NCBI RefSeq assembly: GCF_001194135.2
Contig: NC_069003.1
Coordinates: forward strand, 36,624,548 to 36,688,547
Source: Octopus bimaculoides
Taxonomy: Eukaryota
Length of the DNA stretch: 64,000 nt
Direction: 5' to 3'
A program made the position numbers and the translations under genes. A model generated the notes under the pieces. It was not told where the DNA came from. It searched no databases and was given only the letters and a program-made list of their open reading frames with translations. This document shows positions 49,401-59,290 of the stretch, one piece after another; the stretch's first letter is position 1; every line of letters begins with the position of its first letter.

Positions 49401-52400
49401 TAATACTTGACCACAAGGGGTTTCAGGGCATTTACATAATGAAAGGGTTAAACACGTCTACTATGTAAAAACATTATATATGTGTGTGTGAGTTCTGGCC
49501 AAAAAAAAAAAAAAAATGCAAATATACCTACACACATATACACTAATCAAAGTGGAACCAAGAATTATAACAATGTCCAGCAAAGCTTAATCTACCTTAA
49601 ATGCTTGAAAAACACGAAATTGGTTGTTACCATTTATTAGCTTTCTATGAGTGGGGACTGTACAACAATATAGAACCAAGAAATAAATCTAAATGTAAGG
49701 GCTGAAATATATGATAAAAATCATACAAAAAAACAGTGAAAAAGAATCATACCATATTATTTCACGAATAATTTGGCTTTCAGTCACAGTTTGTTTATTT
49801 TTAAATGGATAACTTCTGTGGTCATAGAGTTCCCTGAAAGTAAAATTCAAGACTGCCTTTATTTCCACACACTTACAACATATTCTGCACATTTAGATAT
49901 TTTGCAATAAATACTAATGAGAGTATTTTATAAAGGTAAATTGTTTGGAAAGGAAACAAAAAATAGAAAAGAAACTGCAACGATAAAAGTAGGAGATAGA
50001 GTAGAAGTTGTGGGGTAAATTTATGTACATTTGTAATATTTGTTTGAAAAAAAAACATGTCTATATAGGGAAAGTTATGAAGAATGGAATTTATTTATCA
50101 AAATATATATAATTAAGCAAAAAATATATAAAACTACAAAAGTGATGAAGTGGGTTGACAGAGAAGACAAAATTGATGATAAAAAAAGAGATTTTCATTC
50201 ATATTTGATCCGTTTCGAAACAATACAATATAAGTTAAACCAAAAGATATAATTAGGAAGACTTCAATAAATAATTAGGTCCTTACCATTCTTTAACAAT
50301 ATTATAGTAGTTGCTGTTTTCAGGAATATTTTGTGGTGTTCCATTCCAGTAAGAAGTGGTAATATTTTTATTTAACCATTCATATCCCAATATGTTGGCT
50401 TCTGGTTGTGTTCGACATTCTGAAGTGTTTTTAGAAATATTTAAATCTTTTAATGAACTCTCAACAGGGACCATTTGTTCAGAATCTTTTATTTTTGTCT
50501 CATCAGCTTCTCTGATGTAGTCAACACCATCATCTTCATCATCATCCAGATCACTGAATTCCTAATTGAATGGAATAAAGCAAGCATCAAGGGATCAAAT
50601 TCATATCTGTCAAAAAATCAAACATGACATTTAATAAAAAATATTTTATTTTGCTTTTTAAAAATTTACATTGATTTTATCAATGAATTAAAAGTTGTTG
50701 AGATGCTTACAGGAGCCCCAAGATGTGTATGTAAAATATAATTAATAATATAAATAATAATTAATCAAGAAAATGTATTTAATCCATTAACTTTAATATA
50801 ATCATCTTCATCATCATTTAACGTCCGTTTTCCATGCTGGTATGGGTTGGACGGTTTGACTGAAAACTGGTAAGCCAGGGAGCTGCACCAGGTTCCAATT
50901 TGATTTAGCAAGGTTTCTACAAGTGGATGCCCTTCCTAATGCCAACCACTCCAAGAGTGAAGTGGGTGCATTTTACGTGCCACTGGCACGGGTGCCAGTT
51001 ACATAACAACAGCATTGGCCACGACTACAATCTCACTTGGTTGACAGGTCTTCCCAAGCATGGTTTGTTACCAAAGGTTTCAGTTGCCTGTCACTGAGGC
51101 CCAACATTCAATCATTGACATGGCTTTATAGCTACAAACAGATGTAGACATGGCTGTGTTATTGGCTGAAAGGTTTGTTTGGCATCTATGCAGTTTTGGG
51201 TTCGATCCCACTGTGCAGTGCATTCTGAGAATAGCCTCAGGTCAACCAAAGTCTTATCAGTGAAATTTGGTAGACAGAAACTGTGTGGAAGCTTTTGAGA
51301 CACACTTCTTCTATTCCGGAGTGCTAGACTTAACACTGCTACCTGGCTCTTGGGTACCTGTACTTGTACCTGTTACAAGAAACTACCCTCAGACCATAAT
51401 GTTTACTATTTAATCTTTGATTACAACTAAATAGAATTTATTCCATTAGCATCAAATATATATATAAAAAAAAAGCAAAGACAACTTACTGAAGAACTTG
51501 AATATGAGCCATAGTAGACATCTTCGCCCTCCCTCAGATACGCTGCCCAATCAAAATCCTTGTCTTCTTCTGAAATGATGTTAAAAATATATATAAAAGA
51601 AAAAAAAAAAAGAAATTTTATCAAAACTACTTCTAAAAATAATAGCCACTCCCCATACAAAGGAAGAAGTGTAGAGATTTGTTCTTGTTATTTCAAAATG
51701 TTCGACAAATTAGGTTCCTAAGACTCGTCGCAACTTAGAATCTTTTCAATCAAAGGTTTATCTAATTAGAGTTACCTGCAGCTAAACAACAACAGGAATT
51801 CATAAACTTACCCACAGTGATACTTTTGCTAGATTCATAGGTACTGCTCCCAGTTGGACTGTTAGCAAGTTCAATTAAAAGGCTCAGAATCGAGTAATGT
51901 GTGTCCGACTGTTAAAAGCATGAAATCAATAAAATATGGCTATAAATTATGAACACACATATATATATATATAAATTGAATTATATATGAATTATAAATA
52001 AGTTTATAAATTAAAAATGTGTATAAAAATGATGAATATGTGTATAAATTATAAACACACACACAAATTATAACAAATTATAATAAATCTTAGAAAGGAG
52101 ATGTACTGCAACAATTTAATTCTGTGTTTTGGAAAGGAAGAAAATGCCAATCTTATGTTAATGGAAGTCAATAAAATGTTAGAATGGCAATGGAAATATG
52201 CAGAAATCAATGAAAAAGGAACAAATATGGAATGAAAACTTTTGATGTTCATAATCACTTAAATGAATAAATAATAATAATAATGGTTTCAAATTTTGGC
52301 ACAAGGCCAGCAATTTCAGAGAAGAGGCCAAGTTCATTACATCAATCTCAGTGCTCAACTGGTACTTATTTTACCGACCTCGAAAGGATGAAAGGCTAAG

Positions 52401-55400
52401 TCAACTTCGGCGGAATTTGAACTCAGAACATAAGGACGGATGAAATGCTGCTAAGCATTTTGCCCAGCGTGCTAACGATTCTGCCAGCTCACCACCTTTA
52501 ATAATAATGGCGAGATGGCTGAGTACTTTTCGAGCATTGGGCCTCATGGAGGCAATGACCGAGACCTTTAGCATTATGTCATGCTTGAGAAGACCCATCA
52601 AGCCAAGTAAAATCGCAGTCATGGCAGATACCGGTGTCATACAAGTGGCACCCAAGCCAGTGGCACATAAAAGCACCCATTATAATCTTGGAGTGGTTGG
52701 CGTTAGGAAGGGCATCCAGCTGTAGAAAACCACGAACTGTCCAACCCATGCCAGTATGGACAACAGACATTATATGATGATGATGTGTTTATCTATTCCA
52801 TAGTTGATTCTTCTACCAATATACAAAAACAAGATTAAAATATTTTATGATAAAATAATTTAACCTGGTGCCATACTTACATGGTCAAACATTTTCTGGT
52901 CAAATAATGGTAGACCAAGAAATTTAGTTGTTAATTCTCTTAAAGCTTTAGCCTTATCATCTTGGGAGTGGACAGCAAATTTTTCACATAATCTGAGGTA
53001 ATAAGATTCAAATTAAGACATGTGATGAGAGTAATTATTTTATTTTGATAGCATGCAAGGTACAGGATAACATACACTTTCCATTTCAGTTGGCAATAGA
53101 TGATGTGTAGTGTTTATTGAAATGCAAAGCATCATTATATAAGGACAGATGTAGACATATCTTAGTCTTTAAATAAAACTGTCCTACATATTCAATGTAG
53201 ATATTTGAGGTTTCTTCCTTTGCATCTCTTTCCGACACTACCCTGGTCACTCCCACACTCTTTTCTGTAATGTAAGGAGTCATTGTTGCTCCTCTATAGC
53301 AAGAAACCTGTTCTGTTTAAGCCCTTTCTCTCAAACTTCTCATCTCCTGGTATAAGGCTGCCTCCCTCAGGCAAAGGAGAGTTTTGTCTTGCTAGCTCCT
53401 GATGCCACAAAAACAACACACCCAGTACACAAGTGGTTAGTATCAGGAAGGGCACCTGGCTACAGAAACCATACCAAAGCAGACATCGGAGCCCAATGCA
53501 GTCCTTGAAGCTGCTGGATTCTGTCAAACCACCCAACTCATGCCAGTATGGGACACAGGCTTCAAATGATGACAATGAGGATCATAAATAAAACACAGCA
53601 TTACAAAGATGACAGAGAGCATCAATGAGCAGAAATCTGTAATGATACAAAAGAACTTGGACCAAATTTGAAAACATTCCCTGAGGAGTGTAAGGAGTCC
53701 ATATTTTCAGTCTTTGAAGTTTTCAAGACAGAATTCAATTTTGGATCAAATACAACATCACTGTGGAGGTGAGAAAAAAAACAAAACATTTTCAGCAGGT
53801 AAAAAATTTGTTGTATAAATGTGATGGTAATGAAAGTGTTATGAATTGATGAATAGAAGGGAGACAGACAAATATTTTCTTTTAGACTTAGACACAAAGA
53901 AAATAATGATTACAATAGGAAGAGAGAGAATAAGGTGCAGGAAATAAAAATAGAGCGCATGGAAATGCCATTATTTTATGCGTTTACCTCTGTCAGAATA
54001 TATTCTGCCATTCTACAAGAGAAACAAAAAATACAAATACTGAAAAGTTAATTAATTTTACAGCAAATAATTGTCGAAGTAAATATTTACCCATCAATCT
54101 TTTGGTTAACTTTGTGTGAATCGACTGACAAGAATCGATGATATTTAAAATTGGAGATGGCATAAGAATAGCTGTCCTTGAAGTCATCGCTAGTCTCATC
54201 CTGCAAGTAGAGACATTAAAGAATTAATACAGGATAATGGATGAAAGTGTGGGTCCTCATAAAAGACTGAATTGGAAGCAGTTGAGAAAAAAGAGAAGGG
54301 ATATTATTTGTAAGTTATAGAAGAAGAGACCAAAGAAGTCGTTTTTTGGTAGATATGAATGCTGGAATCATTGTGTAAAGTGGCAACCTCATGTTGATCA
54401 ATAGTCTGTGAGTAGAATGTGATTGACAGAACCTGCTTGTATACATGTGTGTGTGTGTGTGTGTCCTGCACAGCTGTGTATTAGGAAAGGATGTAAACAA
54501 TGGTAAGGAAAGGTTAAAAATAATACAGTCTGTTTTAAGCAAAGTCCTTTGTGATATAAGTTCTACACAGTTTCAGATACTCCTTTCTCATTCTCACAGT
54601 TAGATATACAGTGAACTAATGATTGTAATGTTGGTAAACAATAACCATCAACAGCTGCAACATTAAAAATAAATGTATTAAAAACATTTGGAAAAGATTT
54701 GATGGTTGAAGTATCATCTTGAAAGGGGCCCCCACAAGGGTTGCAAAACCTATTAGAAATAGCAGCCAAATCTCCTTCAAATCACACAACTGTTTTAAAT
54801 AGTGTGAGGCTCAGTTGCAAAAACATGATGGTCACCATTGAAAGTCCTCTGAACATAGGTCAGCTTGGCCATAGTTAATTGGAGGCAAAAATAATAACAA
54901 TCATGCAACATTCACAGTGCTCTCTTCGGGCAGTTATCCAGGGGTCTCAAGGAACCAATTCTAATCTATGTGTGCTGTAATTATATATGTTGGGGCACCA
55001 GTGCCCTGCTTTATCCTAAGGGACTGTAACATTCTTTAAGATGGCCCTGTGCACTCATATGATTAATAGCAGCCAGTAGAAGTGAACTGGCGATACGCAG
55101 ATCACATCCAGGCATTTGACCGACTGAACTGGTAGTGTTACACAACAGTGCTCACACACTGTTCATCTTCGTCACGATCCTGTGTGTATGTGTACGTGGC
55201 TAAGCTAATGCTGAGCACTCTGAGGTGGATTGTCACAGCCGGACAAAAAACAAAGGGGGGGGGAGTTAGTGCTAAAGTGTATAAGCGCTTATCCAACCAT
55301 AACAATATAGGAACAGAACAGACAAGAACACACAACAGGAGTTTGGGATATCCATATTAGACGCCATACGATAAACCTCATCATTCGAAGTGGACATGTG

Positions 55401-56332
55401 AAATTAATTCGTGGACATAGTGCCAAGTCATTCAACTGACAACCTACTACGAACAAACAGGATCCAATGACCTGCTGGAAACAGTAAATAAATCTCCCTC
55501 AAATCACACCCAGCCATCTTAAACGAAAGACAAGTAGGTAATGCTGTCCATTGTCTGGAAAATAGATGGAATGGTTATGGCAGGAATACTTTCGATTATG
55601 GCTGATCTCAGGCTAAACATCTGACTCTATACGGGGAAACGAGGGTGGGAGCCCCTTCATCGTCGTAAATAATAGATAAAAATCTTCCTACAAGAAAAAC
55701 ATCGAATTATGCAATACCCCGGAGAAGGATTGGGTAATTTTTTAATTATAAAAACCTGTTCAGTCAGGGCTAAAGAACGACAAACTATCCATTACTATAT
55801 TCCTGTCTGCTCGACCAGGACATCGCAACATCAATAACAAAGTCACTTAATTTAATTATCGGTAGAAACTGGGACAATACAAATTTATATCATGCTTATT
55901 TAGTTAATAAATATTTGTAAAATCATTTATAATTCAATATTGAAGACACGAGTGTCGAGTATGATGTCTATATTTCGTAAATAGAGATGGTAGATCAATG
56001 AGTGATGATTAATAGAAAGGATTAATTGGTAGTTATTATATTAGGTAGACACTGGATTAGTTAATTAACGATGTTTCTCCACAGATTCTAAATATTTTAT
56101 TTGGTTAATCATCGTCGGTAAACATCGACAGGAAAGAAAAACCAAACAACAACAATTGACAAGTGTTCAGCAGATTTCAAAATATAAACAGTGCTTTTAG
56201 ATGGCTAATCATTGATTAATCTGCACCTGCACACATACATACGTATATATGTATGTCTTTTACCTTGATATCACAGACTAATTTAATTAAATTCCTGCAC
56301 AAATGTTCGTAATTCACTTTCCTTCGCGCCAT
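37680..56332 (-). CDS. TUBGCP5: Gamma-tubulin complex component 5, 22 exons
   Basis: Exons: 56332-56264, 54200-54091, 52992-52881, 51908-51812, 51569-51490, 50561-50287, 49833-49753, 49002-48909, 48135-47916, 47383-47187, 46586-46471, 46189-45915, 45467-45221, 43942-43777, 43295-43233, 42433-42339, 41368-41275, 41082-40962, 40228-40086, 39890-39682, 38699-38599, 37723-37680 (TAG). All GT-AG and phase-compatible. Diagnostic peptides: SNFKYHRFLSVDSHK, HYSILSLL, DFDWAAYL, VTESQIIRE, LWINTIRPY, YCLYPLI, AMRNFFLMEAGDTM, IPWPVNMIIS, IHRFHILRMRLLYFTNTLNSHIM, LEHLLSSL, matching recalled GCP5 rather than other GCPs. Confidence 0.95.
37812..38053. repeat. 242-bp near-perfect palindrome (foldback/MITE-like) in the last TUBGCP5 intron
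   Basis: Two arms of about 114 bp with 9 mismatches by eye, and a 14-nt loop (tcgaaaatataagg). Confidence 0.95.
42751..43125 (+). mobile_element. SINE family C with a (GAT)n tail
   Basis: ttgggcctcatggaggcaatgacc...gtggttggcattaggaaaggcatc...ccaacccataccagcatggac...ttaaatgatgatgat; near-identical blocks at 52507-52786. Confidence 0.8.
44196..44600 (+). mobile_element. Degenerate Tc1/mariner transposase fragment (TUBGCP5 intron 13, antisense)
   Basis: KSMMTAFWDDKGIALLQFLECGCTVN...RKRP...HHDNVRPHT followed, after a frameshift/stop, by LHPLYSPDLAPPNFHLF (mariner HDNARPH and YSPDLAP motifs). Confidence 0.9.
44705..44925. mobile_element. piggyBac-type MITE family 2
   Basis: TTAA|CCCTTTTGCTAC ... 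ATAACGAAAGGG|TTAA. Confidence 0.8.
47609..47815 (-). mobile_element. tRNA-derived SINE (family A) with a 16-bp target-site duplication
   Basis: A-box-like TGGCAGAAACG and B-box-like GAGTTCAACTTCC on the minus strand; AAGTATAAAATATATT at 47593-47608 and 47816-47831. Confidence 0.85.
50808..51112 (-). mobile_element. SINE family C copy (inverted)
   Basis: Reverse complement aligns with 52507-52786. Other partial tails at 39130-39350, 45080-45180 and 53400-53580 (plus), and 40280-40400 and 720-850 (minus). Confidence 0.8.
52270..52500 (-). mobile_element. tRNA-derived SINE family A, well-preserved copy
   Basis: Minus strand GGTGAGCTGGCAGAATCG...GAGTTCAAATTCCGCCG, ending in an (ATT)n tail. Degenerate copies near 6106-6303, 12180-12290, 12722-12885, 14660-14835, 18610-18780, 27790-27900, 41585-41790 and 42520-42710 (minus) and 15105-15225 (plus). 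Confidence 0.85.
52507..52786 (+). mobile_element. SINE family C copy
   Basis: Homologous to 42751-43125; ends ccaacccatgccagtatggacaacagacattatatgatgatgatg. Confidence 0.8.
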
Positions 56333-56339
56333 CTTACTT

Positions 56340-56540
56340 TCAATCTCGAATCTTTCTCTTCTCTTCCCGTGAGAACTGAAACGATTACCACAGCCCAACC
56401 TCTTACATATCAGAAATGGGATTTTCTTATTTCTATAGGATCTTGAAGAGAAACAACACTGACTCAAATTAATGAATAGTGTGTGTGCGCGTGCGCCAGT
56501 GCGTCCGCGCGCGCGTGTGTGTGTGTGTGTGGAAGGGGGG
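56340..56540. promoter_or_regulatory. TUBGCP5 5'UTR/proximal promoter with an alternating purine-pyrimidine CpG tract
   Basis: gtgtgtgcgcgtgcgccagtgcgtccgcgcgcgcgtgtgtgtgtgtgtg at about 56479-56531, including TGCGCGTGCGC (NRF1-like), 150-200 bp upstream of the ATG. Confidence 0.55.
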
Positions 56541-56850
56541 AGTATGAATATGAATACAGAAGCTGGAGGTTTCAAAGCAGTTGTCCATAAATATCTTCGT
56601 TTTCTTTGATTTCCAAAGAGGCATTTATATCTGGAGGGCAGCTGACCTCTATGATGGTACATACCTTTGCCCCTCTGTCCCAAACAACAATATCCGGCCT
56701 GTTATGTATACATTTCACTGAAGTTTTGATGGGAATATTCCACCAGTATTCCTTGTGTTGGTGCTTATGAATGTATTCCATAACAGAGATGATTTCTAAG
56801 TTTATTTCAGGAGAGTCTTTTTTGTGGATGGCATTGTAAATTGTTTTAGC
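56540..56850 (-). mobile_element. Non-LTR retrotransposon fragment, C-terminal restriction-like endonuclease (RLE) domain (R4/NeSL/CRE-type)
   Basis: Reading AKTIYNAIHKK...EYWWNIPIKTSVKCIHNRPDIVVWDRGAKVCTIIEVSCPPDINASLEIKENEDIYGQLL*NLQLLY shows the PD-(D/E)xK-like RPDIV...IIEV.CP.D.N...EK...Y..L pattern. Confidence 0.8.
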
Positions 56851-57054
56851 AATGTATGTATGTTTGCACGTTACATATTACATGCATGCATACATATTAC
56901 AGAGCCTAGCATTCTTTCCATGCTTCTGAGTGCAGCAAAATAGAGGGAAACAATCTCATGAATGACCATTTCATGGTTTGTTGAGCTCTCTCTCTCTTCG
57001 GGGATGACATACCCGTTTTCCTCTCCCCATTTGATGGCATAGAATATAAAGGAT

Positions 57055-57055
<1 letters not shown>

Positions 57056-57115
<60 letters not shown>
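57056..57115. repeat. (GA)n microsatellite
   Basis: About 30 GA units. Confidence 0.95.
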
Positions 57116-57118
<3 letters not shown>

Positions 57119-58639
57119 TTCTTTTCAATTTGATGTGGTCAACGCATTGAAATTTCATTATAAAGCACTTTTTCTTTTCTTTCTCTTTCCCTTTCTTATT
57201 GTATACCTATCTACATATTTGTAAATAAACACATTTTCTCACAAGGGCTAGATGACCTTTCAAGATGTCAATTTTAGAAAGCAGGACAGGAAAGATAAGA
57301 AAAGAGAGGAAGAAGAAAACAGATTGTTTTGATTCTTAAGTGGGTGTGGTCATTACTGTAAAGTTTGAAAAATATAGAGTTCAAAGTCCTATGAAAATGT
57401 ATAAAACTTTACACTTGAATAATCAAATCTCATATTCTGCATAATTCCAAGTTTTTGCATGAACAAACATTAAATATTAGTATAACGTTTCATAAATTAG
57501 GAAAATGAAGTCAGAATATAAAGAATAATTTGAGTTATATTCTTGAGTATCATCCATCATTTTGTAGGAATTATTGCTCTTTTTCTTATTTGCTTGGATA
57601 AGAAAATTCCCATTCTGAATGTGGTTCCAATGTTAATAACATGATGCTCATCTCTATAAATGATCAGATACATGTATAACATTGGCATTTTGACAACTGT
57701 TGTTCTTATAGAACCTACTATACCCGACAAAGAATACTATATCCATTTTACCACTGATTAGGAAAGATATCCACTGCAGCTACTTGGCAAAGTAATTCGT
57801 GAAAGGATCTCTTTTGAATTATCTTATCCAAGCAAACAAGAAAAAGAAAAAGAAATCCTACAAAATGATGTGTGTGTGTGTGTGTGTATTCTCATTCGAA
57901 ATTTTTAAATACACGAAGTGAAAAAAATGAACATGCTGGAATTTTGAAATTCTCCAAGTAATTGAATCATGAAAATTTAAACAATAATTTGCGGAAAGAG
58001 CCAAAATTAAAAAAAAAAGTATGGAACGGGAAAAGGATCAAGACCACCCGCCCCCACGTCTTTTTATTTAGAATCGTAATCTATTATGTTTAAGAAATTC
58101 CAGCTTTTTGGCGCACTGGACAATTTCTGACTCTATTGAAACTTGCCCCACCCCGTTAGATTTACGGTGAACTTCAAGAAATATCGGCTGCAAAAAATAG
58201 TCCAAAAGTTGAATCAGTCAAAAACAAGAGAAGTATTTCGTTTTTGCAAGATTCATGATGTAAATTCGTGCGAAACATTTTTTATTTATCTCTGGAGGAT
58301 AGGTAGACTAATAATAAACACGCACTGGTTCTATTTCACATAATTTTCATTTGTCAATTGTTAACTATTCTACTACTTGATTAATCTTTCGGTCAATTAA
58401 TCAGTCACCAAACTACTTTAATCAGTTCACTAATTGATTGTTTAATTAATCGGCCGGTCAATCAATTAGCGAATGAATTAAATTGATACGATCCTACACT
58501 GAGGTACAAGGGAAGTGACTCCAGCACCTGAGTTCCGGTTCCTGTTTAATATATAACAATCTTCTGACAGGGGTAACGCCTTGTTTTGGATGTCATTCGT
58601 TGCAGGTGCCTCTACACACCTCTGCCATTTACCGTAAAT

Positions 58640-58897
58640 ATGATCAAATCAATATGGAATTGGATTTCCTACTGGTACCTCCGTTTCATCCTCAGCATTG
58701 GTATCTACATGATGGAGCCCATGGAACGGTGGATCGTTAATTCTATATTGGTGGCAGTGTTTGCCATGTCGGTCTATACAAGTTACGTGTTTCTTCCTGG
58801 TCATTTCACGATGTTGGTGCGGTTTATTGAGTCCTTCTCTGGCTCTGACACACCGACGGATATCAACCAAGCGTCCACTGCTACCATCTCAAGTTGA
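58640..58897 (+). CDS. SPTSSA: Serine palmitoyltransferase small subunit (ssSPT; SPTSSA-like), single coding exon, 85 aa
   Basis: MIKSIWNWISYWYLRFILSIGIYMMEPMERWIVNSILVAVFAMSVYTSYVFLPGH matches the ssSPT pattern (W..Y..Y...YM.EP.ER..NS...YT.YVF.P.H). An acceptor (ttcgttgcag) ends at 58605, so the ORF-track start at 58586 is probably intronic and the ATG is at 58640. Confidence 0.9.
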   Translation: MIKSIWNWISYWYLRFILSIGIYMMEPMERWIVNSILVAVFAMSVYTSYVFLPGHFTMLVRFIESFSGSDTPTDINQASTATISS

Positions 58898-59284
58898 TCT
58901 TTACATTCAGCTTCACTAATTAATTCTAAATATTGCTCTTGCATCATGGATTACAACTGATATATCATCAATAAGAAAACAAAACCAAAAAAAAGATCAA
59001 ACAAACATTTGTTGACGACGACCTTCGCTGTTTTTTTGTTTTTTTTTATGACTGGTTTGATATAAGGGCTACGATGAAAAGTCAGGTGTTTTGGTCATCA
59101 TTGGCAACAAGAAAACGAACAACAACAACATGATGAAAATCTCATCTTTTGTGTAATTCTTTCCACTCAATTTTGACAATATACTTTATTTTTTAATTTA
59201 ATACACATAATTGATAAAATAATGTATTTAAATTATCATTCTAGAGGGAAATTATATTTTATTATAAAAAAATTAATAATAACA

Positions 59285-59290
59285 AATAAA
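59285..59290 (+). terminator. Candidate polyadenylation signal of the ssSPT gene
   Basis: AATAAA about 390 nt after the stop codon. Confidence 0.35.

Noticed and set aside
58586-58639. N-terminal extension MDVIRCRCLYTPLPFTVN of the ssSPT ORF
   Set aside because: Spans a splice acceptor at 58605; homology begins at the Met at 58640.
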